Shown in pieces: positions 10,443 through 20,161 of a DNA stretch of 64,000 bases. Location: assembly GCA_046331705.1 (NCBI GenBank), contig JAXLQJ010000037.1, forward strand, positions 1 through 64,000, read 5' to 3'. Within the stretch, counting starts at the first letter, position 1. Each line of letters begins with the position of its first letter. This stretch comes from a bacterium (lineage in GTDB: Bacteria; JADJOY01). A program made the position numbers and the translations under genes. The notes beneath the pieces are model-generated. The model saw nothing but the letters and a program-made list of their open reading frames with translations. It had not been told where the DNA came from and made no database searches.

Positions 10443-11363
10443 ATGAGCGACAACATTCACGGGCATTTCCTCGATCATCTCTCGAGCTGGCGCAAGATGG
10501 CGGCGGTGGCATGGGCGCCCCCCAACGATCCCACGATCTACGGCACCATCGACATCGACATGAGCGCACCGCTCGAGTTCCTCTCTCGACTGTCGAAACG
10601 CACTGGGGAGCACCTGACGGTAACGCACCTCGTGGTGAAGGCCATCGCCGAGACGCTCGCCCGACACCCCGAATGCAACGGCATGATCCGGCACGGTCGG
10701 GTATTCCTGCGCGACACCGTCGACATCTCGGTGCTGGTCGCCATGGAGGCCGAAGGCCCCGCAGCGGAACGCCACGACCAAGGCGTCGACCTTTCCGAGA
10801 CCCTGATTCGCGACGCCGACAAGAAGAGCCTGGTGGAGATCGCCCACGCCATCCGCGCCGGCGCGCGCTCGATCCGCAAGCACCAGGATCCCTTCATCGA
10901 GCGGACCAAGAAGCTCTTCGAGCTGCTGCCCCCCTGGGCGCTCGGCCCAGCCCTGCGCCTGACCAGCTTCCTGGAATACGAGCTGAATCTGGATCTGACG
11001 CGGCTCGGCGTGCCGCGGGACCCGTTCGGCAGCGGTATCGTCACCAGCGTGGGCATGCTCGGCATCACCGAGGCGTTCGGACCCATCCCACCGTTCAGCG
11101 GCGTGACCATGCTCACGGCCGTGGGGCGCGTCGAGGACCGGCCCGTGGTGCGCGATGGCCGCGTGGTCGCACGGCCGATGATGCGCATCACCGCGACCTT
11201 CGACCACCGCTTCGTCGACGGCTTCCAGGGAGGCCGCCTCGGCAAGACCTTCCACGAGCTCATGTCCGATCCCGCGGCGCACTTCTGGCCCCCCGACGTC
11301 GCGCGTTTGGCCCCCAAGGCGAAGCCGCGCGCACGCCGCCCGCCGCGGCCGCGCAAGCGCTGA
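10443..11363 (+). CDS. Stand-alone 2-oxo-acid dehydrogenase E2-like acyltransferase (catalytic domain only)
   Basis: [16 protein letters not shown] and TFDHRFVDG catalytic motif; no lipoyl domain; GGGGAGAGG RBS. Confidence 0.85.
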   Translation: MSDNIHGHFLDHLSSWRKMAAVAWAPPNDPTIYGTIDIDMSAPLEFLSRLSKRTGEHLTVTHLVVKAIAETLARHPECNGMIRHGRVFLRDTVDISVLVAMEAEGPAAERHDQGVDLSETLIRDADKKSLVEIAHAIRAGARSIRKHQDPFIERTKKLFELLPPWALGPALRLTSFLEYELNLDLTRLGVPRDPFGSGIVTSVGMLGITEAFGPIPPFSGVTMLTAVGRVEDRPVVRDGRVVARPMMRITATFDHRFVDGFQGGRLGKTFHELMSDPAAHFWPPDVARLAPKAKPRARRPPRPRKR

Positions 11364-11484
11364 GCACGCCCATCCTTGGACGCCACTCGGGCGTCGGCTA
11401 AATGCTTCCTCCGTCGCCGCCGGGCCGCGTCCACGCGGCCGGGGCGTCATGCGCGGTCGGTCGGCACCGCACCAGGGGGAAGCG

Positions 11485-12738
11485 TTGGCTCGGATCAACG
11501 ACCACTATTCGAAGCTCAAGGCGGGCTATCTCTTTCCCGAGATCGGCCGGCGCGTGCGCGCCTTCGAGCAGGCCCATCCCGACGCGAAGGTGATCCGCCT
11601 CGGCATCGGCGACGTCACCGAGCCGATGCCGCCGGCCATCGCCGAGGCGATGCACCGCGCCGTCGACGAGATGGCGCGGCGGGACACGTTCCGCGGCTAC
11701 GGCCCCGAGCAGGGCTACGACTTCCTGCGGGAGGCCATCGCGGCCCACGACTTCCGCGCCCGCGGCGCCGAGGTGCACCCGGACGAGATCTTCGTGTCCG
11801 ACGGCAGCAAATGCGATAGCGGCAACATCCTCGACATCCTCGCCGCCGGCGCCAACGTGATCGCGGTGACGGACCCGGTCTATCCGGTCTACGTCGACAC
11901 CAACGTCATGGCCGGCAACACCGGTCCAGCCAACGAGGCGGGTGAGTTCGCGGGCATCACCTACCTGCCCGCGACCGTGGCGAACGGCTTCTCGCCGGCG
12001 CTGCCCACCCGGCACGTCGACGTGATCTACCTGTGCTCGCCCAACAACCCGACGGGCGCCGTCCTGAGCCGGGAAGCGCTCGCGCGCTGGGTCGAGTACG
12101 CGCGACGCGAGGGCGCGCTGATCTTCTTCGACGCGGCGTACGAGGCCTTCGTCACCGATCCCGAGGTGCCGCACTCGATCTACGAGATCCCCGGTGCTCG
12201 GGACGTCGCGATCGAGTTCCGCAGCTTCTCGAAGACCGCGGGCTTCACGGGCACGCGCTGCGCCTTCACCGTGGTGCCGAAGGGACTCTCGGGAACCGCC
12301 GCCGACGGAAGCGCGGTGTCGCTGCACGCGCTCTGGACGCGGCGGCACACCACCAAGTTCAACGGCGTCGGCTACGTGGTGCAGCGCGGCGCCGAGGCCG
12401 TCTACACCGAGGCGGGACGCGCGCAGGTCCGCGGGCTGGTGGACTTCTACCTGGGAAACGCGGCGGTGATCCGGGAACGGCTTGAGACGGCCGGCCTCGA
12501 GGTGCACGGCGGCGTGAACGCGCCGTACGTCTGGATCGCCACCCCACGCGACGCCGAGGGGCGACCGCTCGAGAGCTGGAAATTCTTCGATCGGTTGCTG
12601 GCCGAGGCGAACGTCGTGGTGACCCCGGGCAGCGGCTTCGGTGCCGCCGGCGAGGGCTACGTCCGCATCAGTGCCTTCAACAGCCGCGCCAACGTCGAGG
12701 AAGCGACCCGGCGCATCACCTCGATGCTCGGACGTTGA
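11485..12738 (+). CDS. dapL: LL-diaminopimelate aminotransferase
   Basis: [36 protein letters not shown] and [16 protein letters not shown] start. Confidence 0.95.
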   Translation: MARINDHYSKLKAGYLFPEIGRRVRAFEQAHPDAKVIRLGIGDVTEPMPPAIAEAMHRAVDEMARRDTFRGYGPEQGYDFLREAIAAHDFRARGAEVHPDEIFVSDGSKCDSGNILDILAAGANVIAVTDPVYPVYVDTNVMAGNTGPANEAGEFAGITYLPATVANGFSPALPTRHVDVIYLCSPNNPTGAVLSREALARWVEYARREGALIFFDAAYEAFVTDPEVPHSIYEIPGARDVAIEFRSFSKTAGFTGTRCAFTVVPKGLSGTAADGSAVSLHALWTRRHTTKFNGVGYVVQRGAEAVYTEAGRAQVRGLVDFYLGNAAVIRERLETAGLEVHGGVNAPYVWIATPRDAEGRPLESWKFFDRLLAEANVVVTPGSGFGAAGEGYVRISAFNSRANVEEATRRITSMLGR

Positions 12739-12752
12739 CTCGGGGGTCGCCC

Positions 12753-13574
12753 ATGCGGATCCATCACCTCGACTGCGGATCGATGTGCCCGCGGGTGCCG
12801 GGCGCGCTGCTCAACCCCGAGGGCCGCATGGTCTGCCACTGCTTGGTGGTGGAGACGAGCGATGGGTTGGTACTGGTCGACACCGGGCTCGGCCTCGAGG
12901 ACGTGGCCCGGCCTCGTGAGCGCCTGGGGGGCATCTTCCTGTCGCTGGTTGGCCCGGTGCTGGACGCCGAGACGACCGCGGCGCGCCAGATCGAGCGTCT
13001 CGGCTACGCACGGCGTGACGTGCGCCACATCGTGCCGACGCACTTGGATCTCGATCACGCGGGCGGACTGAGCGATTTTCCCGAGGCCGCCGTCCACGTC
13101 CACGACCTCGAGCTCGCGGCGGCGACGGCGCCGCAGACCTTCCTGGAGCGTGAGCGCTATCGTTCGATCCAGTGGGCCCACGGCCCGCGCTGGGATCGGC
13201 GCAAGCTCGAGGGCGAGCGCTGGTTCGGCTTCGAAGCGGTGCGCGCCATCCCCGGGCTCGCGGACGAGGTGCTGATCGTTCCCACGGTCGGCCACACCCG
13301 AGGCCACTCGGCGATCGCCGTGCGCAGCGAGGGCGGCTGGCTCCTGCACTGTGGCGACGCCTACTTCTTCCGGGGAGAGATGGACCCCGATCGTCGCCGC
13401 TGCAGCCTCGGTCTCGAGGTCTTCCAGCGCATGGTGCAGGTCGACGGCGAGGCGCGCATGCGCAATCAGGAACGGCTGCGGACGCTGGCCCGCGAGCACG
13501 CGAGCGAGGTGCGGGTCTTCAGCGCCCACGACCCGTTCGAGCTCACGCGCTTCGCCGCCGGCGGCGCCGGCTGA
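12753..13574 (+). CDS. MBL-fold metallo-hydrolase
   Basis: LVDTGLG, THLDLDHAGG, GHTRGH, GDAYF and SAHD. Confidence 0.9.
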   Translation: MRIHHLDCGSMCPRVPGALLNPEGRMVCHCLVVETSDGLVLVDTGLGLEDVARPRERLGGIFLSLVGPVLDAETTAARQIERLGYARRDVRHIVPTHLDLDHAGGLSDFPEAAVHVHDLELAAATAPQTFLERERYRSIQWAHGPRWDRRKLEGERWFGFEAVRAIPGLADEVLIVPTVGHTRGHSAIAVRSEGGWLLHCGDAYFFRGEMDPDRRRCSLGLEVFQRMVQVDGEARMRNQERLRTLAREHASEVRVFSAHDPFELTRFAAGGAG

Positions 13575-13592
13575 CCCGCGCCGAGCGCGCGC

Positions 13593-14288
13593 TCAACCGC
13601 CGAAGCAGAGCTCGGCCCAGCGGAACACCACGTTGGTGAGCCCGTGCACCAGCGTGGGCGCCACCAAGCTCTCCCTTCGCGTGCGCAACCAGCCGAGCAG
13701 CAACCCGAACGGCACGTTTCCTTGCCACCAATGACCGCCCGCCAAGGGGTGGGCCGCGTTGAACGCGATCGCGGATCCGACCACCGCCCAGCCGAGGCGA
13801 CCTCCCCAGAGCGCGCGATCGCGACCGCACGCGTCCTCGAGCCGACCCAGGACGTAGCCCCGAAAGAAGACCTCCTCGGGGAATCCGACCGCCAGCAGGT
13901 TGCCGGCGATCTCCGCCGACAAGTCCGGCGGCCAGCGGAAGCGAAACGCGTGGCCTTGCCAGAGGGTCGCGAACAGGTAGTGACCGAAGACGTAGAGCGG
14001 CAGCATCACCGCCAGGGTGACGAGCCCGTCCCGCAACCCGCCGCGCCAATCGCCGAGATCCAAACCGTAGCCCCACGGGCTGCGGTGGCGCGCCGTGAGC
14101 ACCAAGAGCGGACCGTAGATCCAGACGATCGGCGGCACCAGGCCGCGAATCGTGGGGTGGGCCGCGCCGATCCAATCGTTGAGGCGGACCAGCACCAGCG
14201 CGCCGACGAAGACGCCCGCGAGCTCGGCGAGCACCGAGCGATCGACGGGCTGGGGCGACGGCGCGGTGGACACGGTGGGCGTGGGCAT
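13593..14288 (-). CDS. CPBP/Rce1-type intramembrane glutamic endopeptidase (myxosortase-like)
   Basis: Multiple TM segments; PEEVFFRG, FNAAH and HGLTN motifs. Confidence 0.85.
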   Translation of the reverse strand: MPTPTVSTAPSPQPVDRSVLAELAGVFVGALVLVRLNDWIGAAHPTIRGLVPPIVWIYGPLLVLTARHRSPWGYGLDLGDWRGGLRDGLVTLAVMLPLYVFGHYLFATLWQGHAFRFRWPPDLSAEIAGNLLAVGFPEEVFFRGYVLGRLEDACGRDRALWGGRLGWAVVGSAIAFNAAHPLAGGHWWQGNVPFGLLLGWLRTRRESLVAPTLVHGLTNVVFRWAELCFGG

Positions 14289-14413
14289 GGATCGGAGCCG
14301 AGCGGGGGCGCTTCCATCGTGCCGGTGCCAACACCCTGACGCAGCATCGCCCAGCGGCCCCCGTCATTTCAAACAATTCTCAACGAGTTCAGGGGTCTCG
14401 GCTGGCGTGCTCG

Positions 14414-14429
14414 CGGCTCGCGTCTTGCA
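14414..14429 (+). promoter_or_regulatory. Possible sigma-54 (-24/-12) promoter
   Basis: CGGCTCG-CGTC-TTGCA with exact GG-N10-GC spacing; AT-rich IHF-like tract at about 14364-14390. Confidence 0.4.
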
Positions 14430-14487
14430 TTCCTGGCGTCGGGAAGAGCTGCGCGGGCTCCCTCGGGAGCAGACAAGGCGGGTACGC

Positions 14488-15390
14488 ATGCGGAAGCTCG
14501 GTGAGATCCTCGTTCAGGAAGGGCTCGTGGGTCCGCAGCAAGTCGATCGCGCGCTGCTTTGGCAGCGCGACGATGGCGGACGGATCGGCTCGCTCTTGAT
14601 TCGTCTCGGCTATCTCGAGGAGCGTGAGTTCCTGCGCTTGATGGCGGCGCAGCTGCGCACCCGTCCGGTGCTGATCGCGGAGGCACGCCTCGACTCCGAG
14701 CTCTTGAAGCTGGTGCCGGCCGAGATCGCCTGGCAGGCGAGCGCGATACCCGTCGCGTACCACGGCGATCACCTGATCGTGGCGACGTCTGATCCGCACA
14801 ACCTCCCGGCCTTGCGCGAGATCGAGGCCGCCACCGGCCACGCCGTCGAGGCGTGGCTCGCCGCGGACCCCGCGGTCGCGAGCGCCCTCGAGCGGCACTA
14901 TCCGCGCGGCGTGCGCCCCGAGCCAGCGAGCACGCCGACGCTACCGATCCGCGTCCGACCGCTGCGCGAGGTCGATCCCCATGCCTCGCTCGAGCCGCTC
15001 ATCCACGGCTGGATCGATCAGGCGCTCGGGAGCGGGGCGGCGATGCTCGTGATCCAGATGACGCCGGGCGGGCTCAAGGTCCGATGCGAGACGGCCGACG
15101 GCGGGTTCGTGCTCGCCGAGCCACACGCTTCGCTCTATCGCGAGCTGATTCGCAAGCTGCGCCAGAGCGCGGCGCTGCGGCCGCCGGCGGGGCCGTCGCG
15201 GCGCGAGAGCGGCGTCTTGCCGCACGTGCGCGACGGGCAGCGGCTGCGACTCGGGCTCACACTCGTGCCCGACGTGTACGGCTGCTCGGCCCGCCTCAGC
15301 CTGAGCGAGGCGCGCGGTCTGTTGCTCGAGCTCGCGCGCTCCCGCGGCGGAGCCGCGCGGGTCGAGCACCTCGAGCGACTGGCGAGCTGA
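14488..15390 (+). CDS. MshEN (GspE/PilB N-terminal) domain protein lacking the ATPase
   Basis: Tandem KLGEILVQEGLV...LLWQ and RIGSLLIRLGYL...MAAQ motifs, VATSDPHN; no Walker A motif. Confidence 0.8.
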   Translation: MRKLGEILVQEGLVGPQQVDRALLWQRDDGGRIGSLLIRLGYLEEREFLRLMAAQLRTRPVLIAEARLDSELLKLVPAEIAWQASAIPVAYHGDHLIVATSDPHNLPALREIEAATGHAVEAWLAADPAVASALERHYPRGVRPEPASTPTLPIRVRPLREVDPHASLEPLIHGWIDQALGSGAAMLVIQMTPGGLKVRCETADGGFVLAEPHASLYRELIRKLRQSAALRPPAGPSRRESGVLPHVRDGQRLRLGLTLVPDVYGCSARLSLSEARGLLLELARSRGGAARVEHLERLAS

Positions 15391-15447
15391 GCGCCCGCGG
15401 CGGCGCGCCGCGTGCGCGCCCGCCGCCACTCACCCCTCGATCACGGC

Positions 15448-16890
15448 TCAATCGCCGAGCACCACGTCTCCGCTCAGCCTCGTTCCCGCGCGCACCCGTG
15501 CCTGGGAGCCACGCTCGTTTCGCACCGACACCGTGCCGTGCGCGGTGACCCCGGGCTCGAAGAGCACGTCGCCGTGGACCGCGAGGCGGTCGCACGCGAC
15601 CAGCGACGGCATGCCGGCGGGGAAGCGTGCCTGGAACTCGTGGAAGAGCTTGTAGTAGCGCGAGTCCAGCTCGACGATCGGGGCGGGCCCGGGGCGCGCC
15701 GGATTGGGCACGAGGTGGTGCTCGTCGTTCACGACGTACGCATCCGAGCCCACCACCACCAAGTCCGAGCACGTCTTCACCGCCGCGAACCGGGTGCGCG
15801 GCACGCGCACGGCGCGTGCTCCCTGGAAGAGCGAGATCGCCGCACCCATGGCGGTTTCGAGCTGGATGACGGGCGCTGATCTCGGGTCGGCGGGGTCGAG
15901 GGTCTTCTCGTTGCGGATCACCGGCAGCGGCACGATCTGGTCGTGGGCGGCGAGCTGCGCGCGCAGCGCGCGCAGGTCGAGCCAGAGGTTGTTGGTGTTG
16001 AAGTAGCGGTGGCGCTCGATGTCCTGGAAAGAAGCGAGCTCGTCGGGCGGCGTCTGGGCGATCTCACGCAGCGTGAGGCGGCCGTCGGGCAGCAGCGCGA
16101 GGTGGCCGCCCTTGCGGTCGGCGGCGGTCCGATCGGTGACCTCCATCAGGAACGGGATCGACTCGCTGGCGAGGTAGCCGAGCAACGCGGGATCGAGCAC
16201 GGCGCCGAGATTGTCGACGTTCGACACGAAGACCCAGCGCACGCCCGCCGCCTCGAGCTCCTCCAGCACGCCCGAGGTCACGATCGCGGCGTAGAGATCG
16301 CCGTGGCCGGGCGGGCACCATTCGAGCTCGGGATCGGTCGCCGCGACGGCCGGCTCGAGCGTGCGGGCGTCCACCTTGGGCACCTTGTGCTGGAGGAAGC
16401 TCATCGGCACCGAGCCGGCGAGATCGGGATACGTCGCGAGCCTGGCGAGGCTCTCGGACTCGGTGTGGAAGCTGTTCATGAGCACCAGCGGCACGTGCGC
16501 GCCGTGCTTGCGGCCGAGCGCCAGGACTTGTTGCGCCACGACGTCCAGGAACGTGAGACCCGGGCGCACCTCGATCAGCGACTTCGGCCCCTGCAGCCCC
16601 ATCGACGTTCCCAAACCGCCGTTCAGCTTGAGCAGCGCCGTGGCGCCGAGCTCCGCCAGGCCGCGCTCGCGAAACCCCGCCAGCTCGTCGAGGGAAGGGA
16701 CGTCTTCGACGGGACGGATGTCGGCCTCGGCGATCAAGAGCTTGGCGCCGGAACGCAGCAGGCCGTACGAGCGCTCGAACGCCCAGATCGCGACGTCCGG
16801 CAAGCCGGCGGCGAGCATCTTCCGCTCGAACGGGGCGAACCCCGCGGGTGTGACGTGCGTCCGATGCACCACGGCCTCTTCGTTCGACAT
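15448..16890 (-). CDS. UTP-glucose-1-phosphate uridylyltransferase, eukaryote-type (UDPGP family)
   Basis: LKLNGGLGTSMG..GPKS, WCPPGHGD, SNVDNLGA, DRKGGH, FNTNN, QLETAMG and RFAAVK. Confidence 0.93.
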   Translation of the reverse strand: MSNEEAVVHRTHVTPAGFAPFERKMLAAGLPDVAIWAFERSYGLLRSGAKLLIAEADIRPVEDVPSLDELAGFRERGLAELGATALLKLNGGLGTSMGLQGPKSLIEVRPGLTFLDVVAQQVLALGRKHGAHVPLVLMNSFHTESESLARLATYPDLAGSVPMSFLQHKVPKVDARTLEPAVAATDPELEWCPPGHGDLYAAIVTSGVLEELEAAGVRWVFVSNVDNLGAVLDPALLGYLASESIPFLMEVTDRTAADRKGGHLALLPDGRLTLREIAQTPPDELASFQDIERHRYFNTNNLWLDLRALRAQLAAHDQIVPLPVIRNEKTLDPADPRSAPVIQLETAMGAAISLFQGARAVRVPRTRFAAVKTCSDLVVVGSDAYVVNDEHHLVPNPARPGPAPIVELDSRYYKLFHEFQARFPAGMPSLVACDRLAVHGDVLFEPGVTAHGTVSVRNERGSQARVRAGTRLSGDVVLGD

Positions 16891-16950
16891 GATCCAACCC
16901 TCGTGACCGAGAACCAAAGCTCGGTGCGGGAACGACGTCCGCGGCGGCGC

Positions 16951-18597
16951 TCAGCGCAGCCGCGTCGCCAGATCGAAAACCTGACCGGTCCCGAACGAGA
17001 CGTTGAGACGGGACTCGTCTTCCGTGGAATTGAGCGCGAACCCGACGTCGAGCCTGAGCACCTTGCCGATGGCCGACGCCGGCAGGCCCACCCGCAACCC
17101 CACGCCCACGGACTGACGAAGCGCGTGAATCTCGAGCGGGTCCTCTTCGTCGATCGGCAGCGCCGCGTCGTAGAACGCGACCGCGCCCAGCGACGCCAAC
17201 CCCAGGATGCGCTCCCAGATGAACACCCGGTCCTCGACGTGCACCAACGAGCCGCCGTCGCCGTTGACGAAGCGGTCGGGATAGCCGCGCAACCCGTTGA
17301 GCCCGCCCACCACGAAGCGGTCCTCGGGATCGCGCCGATGGCTCGCTTCGCCGCGCCATTGGAAGGCGATCGTCTGGCGGGGCAGGCCGGTGAAATAGCC
17401 CTCGAGCCACCACGATCCCACCAGGTTCTCGGTGCCGCCGTCGCGGATGCGGGAGGACGCGCCGAGATCGAGCAGCACGATCCAGCGCTCGCTGGCCAGA
17501 CCATGATGCCAGGCTGCCGCGAACGATTGGGTGTCGCGATCCGAGCCGAGGGCCTCGGGCTGCACGCCGAATCCCAGGCTCGAGTTCCAACCCAGCGCGT
17601 AGTCCTCCTGGACCCCGAAGGAGCGCACGTTGCGACGGGTGACGTAGTCGTCCTCGACCCATTGCCAGGTGAGGCTCAGACCGCTGCGGCGCCGATCGCC
17701 GGGAAGCTCGCTGCTGGGGGTCGGCTCGACCTCGCCGAAGCGATCCTCGTGATACGTGTACGCACCGATCAGTCGATGCGCCACCGGGCCGGTGGCGTTG
17801 AGACGCAGGCCGTAGGTCGCGGTCACGCCGCGCTCCAGGTGGCGCCACTCGCGAACCGTTCGCCCGAGGTCGTAGAGGTGATCGGTGCCCGCGCTGTCGA
17901 AGGCACTGGCGCCATAGGCCTGGCGGGTGTCGTACGCGTAGAACGGCTGCTCGAGCGAGGCGTAGCGGAAGCGGCCGTCGGTGAGCTGATCGAACTCGAG
18001 CGCGGTGCGGTAGCGCGAGCGCAGGATGCGCGGGTCGGCGTACTGGAGCTGGATCTGATCGCGCTCCACGTCGTGGGTGAAGAACGTGCGGAGTTGCTTC
18101 CCCAGGCCGAGAAAATCGTTCTCCTGGAGCCCAGCCGTTCCGACCACCTCGCCGCCGCCGCCAGCCAGGTTGAATTGCGGCTGGAACGTCCACGTTTCCT
18201 GCGCGACCACCGCGAGATCGACGACGCCGGGCTCGACCGGAATGGCCGTGATGTGCACCTCGCGCAGATAGCCGAGGAGCCGGATGTTGCGCTCGCTCTC
18301 GCGCAGCAGACGCTCGTCGAGCGCGTCTCCCGGCTTCAGCAAGACCTCGTCTCGGACCACGTACTCGTACGTGGGGATCTTGAGCGCGTTGACCCAGCTG
18401 TAGGGGAAGCCGTCGAAGAGCTCGTCGTCGGCGACGTCGAAGATGGGCCGGACCCGGACGTCGATGCGTCGGACGCGGGGCGCGGCCTCGCCCTCGTCGG
18501 CGCGCGCCGCGTGGGCGCGCCCCAGCACGCCGAACGCGCCGACGAGCACGAGTGCCGCGATCACGACACGCTTGCGCCACTGGCGGGCGCGTGTCAT
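16951..18597 (-). CDS. Omp85/BamA-TamA family outer membrane protein
   Basis: Signal peptide, POTRA-like ESERNIRLLGYL, GLNGLRGYP, GVGLR and C-terminal beta strands. Confidence 0.8.
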   Translation of the reverse strand: MTRARQWRKRVVIAALVLVGAFGVLGRAHAARADEGEAAPRVRRIDVRVRPIFDVADDELFDGFPYSWVNALKIPTYEYVVRDEVLLKPGDALDERLLRESERNIRLLGYLREVHITAIPVEPGVVDLAVVAQETWTFQPQFNLAGGGGEVVGTAGLQENDFLGLGKQLRTFFTHDVERDQIQLQYADPRILRSRYRTALEFDQLTDGRFRYASLEQPFYAYDTRQAYGASAFDSAGTDHLYDLGRTVREWRHLERGVTATYGLRLNATGPVAHRLIGAYTYHEDRFGEVEPTPSSELPGDRRRSGLSLTWQWVEDDYVTRRNVRSFGVQEDYALGWNSSLGFGVQPEALGSDRDTQSFAAAWHHGLASERWIVLLDLGASSRIRDGGTENLVGSWWLEGYFTGLPRQTIAFQWRGEASHRRDPEDRFVVGGLNGLRGYPDRFVNGDGGSLVHVEDRVFIWERILGLASLGAVAFYDAALPIDEEDPLEIHALRQSVGVGLRVGLPASAIGKVLRLDVGFALNSTEDESRLNVSFGTGQVFDLATRLR

Positions 18598-18609
18598 ACC
18601 GGGGCCCCC

Positions 18610-18987
18610 ATGGAGATCGTGACGACGAACGCGGCGCCGCGCGCCATCGGCCCCTATTCCCAGGCCGTGAAGGCGGGTGGGTTCCTGTTTCTCTCGGGAC
18701 AGATTCCGCTCGACCCGGCCACCGGCGAGATCGTCGCGGGCGACGTTCGCACCCAGGCTCGCCAGGTGTTCGCCAACTTGCGTGCCGTCCTCTCGGCCGC
18801 GGGCTTGGACCCGGCGGCGATCGTGAAGACCACGATCTTCCTGACGGACATGGCGGACTTCGGCGCGGTGAACGAGCTCTACGCCGAGCTGGTCGGGGAT
18901 CACCGCCCGGCGCGTTCGACGGTGGCGGTGGCTGCGTTGCCGCGCGGCGCTCGCATCGAGGTGGAAGCGATCGCCATCGGCGCCTGA
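18610..18987 (+). CDS. ridA: RidA family enamine/imine deaminase
   Basis: APRAIGPYSQAV, SGQIP and PARSTVAVAALPRGARIEVE. Confidence 0.92.
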   Translation: MEIVTTNAAPRAIGPYSQAVKAGGFLFLSGQIPLDPATGEIVAGDVRTQARQVFANLRAVLSAAGLDPAAIVKTTIFLTDMADFGAVNELYAELVGDHRPARSTVAVAALPRGARIEVEAIAIGA

Positions 18988-19005
18988 TCGGTGGGTGGGG
19001 AACGA

Positions 19006-19040
19006 AGCCCCGGCGGCTGGCTCAGCCGGGTCCCGGGGCT
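19006..19040. terminator. GC-rich stem-loop between convergent ridA and rpmB
   Basis: Outer stem AGCCCCGG/CCGGGGCT with inner stem CGGCTG/CAGCCG; no U-tract. Confidence 0.4.
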
Positions 19041-19066
19041 CGTACGCCACGGCGCTGGATGGACCG

Positions 19067-19255
19067 TCAGGCGGCCTTCTTCACCCGTCCCGATCGAATG
19101 CACCCGGTACAGATACGCATCCGCACGACGCGTGCGTCGGTTTGGACGCGAACGCTCTTCAGGTTGGGCTGGGAGCGCTTGATCGTTCGGATGTGGGAGT
19201 GGCTGACCTGCCGCCCCTTGAGATAGCTCTTGCCACAGATCTCGCACGCACGCAT
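19067..19255 (-). CDS. rpmB: 50S ribosomal protein L28 (Zn-binding C+ form)
   Basis: MRACEICGK...VSHSH..T.R..PNL...CTGCIRSG; GGAGG RBS. Confidence 0.95.
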   Translation of the reverse strand: MRACEICGKSYLKGRQVSHSHIRTIKRSQPNLKSVRVQTDARVVRMRICTGCIRSGRVKKAA

Positions 19256-19425
19256 CTTTCATGCCTCCAGAAAAAAGCGAGCGCGGACCCTAACATACGA
19301 ATGTCCGGCGCGCCAAGGCGGAGACCGCGTCGCGGTCCGGACGCGCGACCGCCCCGCACCGATCGACGGCGTGCGATCCGATCCGCGCGCCGCCCCAACA
19401 CACCGCAACCGAGCGAGGAGAGCCG

Positions 19426-19665
19426 ATGAAGACCGACGAAGACAAGCGTTTCGACGTGCGCATCCTGGACCGGAACCTGAAAGACCGCGTGATCTCGCAG
19501 GCCGACATCGACAAGACCTGCGCCGCGCTTCCCGACCTGGCCGACGAGTTCGACTGGGTCGACTACGCACACATCACCAGCGCCCACGTGGGAAAGCTCG
19601 CCGCTCGCGGCGAGGGGAGCGAGAGCGAAGCGGGGGCCTCGAGCACCCTCGACCTCGACGACTGA
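19426..19665 (+). CDS. Small hypothetical protein
   Basis: GAGGAG RBS and host-like codon usage; FDVRILDRNL...LPDLAD. Confidence 0.7.
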   Translation: MKTDEDKRFDVRILDRNLKDRVISQADIDKTCAALPDLADEFDWVDYAHITSAHVGKLAARGEGSESEAGASSTLDLDD

Positions 19666-19825
19666 ACGTCGCCGCACACGGCGTCGCCGGCGAAGGCGAC
19701 GACGGCGTCCACTGGCGTGAAGACCCGCGCCGGGCGCGACCCTCCGGGGTTGGCCCGGCGCTCGTTCGTCGAGCGCTGCTCCGGGCCGCGCCTTCGAGCG
19801 AGCGGCGGCCCAGCGCCCACCAAGC

Positions 19826-20161
19826 TCAGCTGCCGCGCGAGCTCTGGTTCTGCCGTTCCAGGAACTCGTCCCAGCCCATCACCGCGACGCCGTCCGGGGC
19901 GCGTCCCGTGAAGCCGACGTCCAGCGCGTCGTCGATCTTGAGGCTGCGCAGCGGGTCGTAGCTGATGCGCGCATCGTCGATGACGACCAGCTCGCCCTCG
20001 ACCCGGAAGCTCACTTGCTCCACCACGAATTCCTCGATCGGGATGGCCTGCGCCAGCTCCACCGCTTGACCCGCCACCACACACGGCACGGAGCGGTCGT
20101 CGCTGCCGAAATGGGTCGCGGGAGCCTGGATGCGCAACACCTGCGCTGGGATCTTCATCAC
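19826..20161 (-). CDS. Hypothetical protein coupled to purN
   Basis: 4-bp overlap with the purN stop; host-like codon usage. Confidence 0.6.
   Translation of the reverse strand: MMKIPAQVLRIQAPATHFGSDDRSVPCVVAGQAVELAQAIPIEEFVVEQVSFRVEGELVVIDDARISYDPLRSLKIDDALDVGFTGRAPDGVAVMGWDEFLERQNQSSRGS

Noticed and set aside
8270..11401. 1043-aa plus-strand ORF
   Set aside because: Shadow frame of the CocE and E2 genes; Arg/Ala-rich with no motifs
15943..18609. Apparent long N-terminal fusion to RidA
   Set aside because: Antisense to the UGPase and Omp85 genes; RidA starts at 18610
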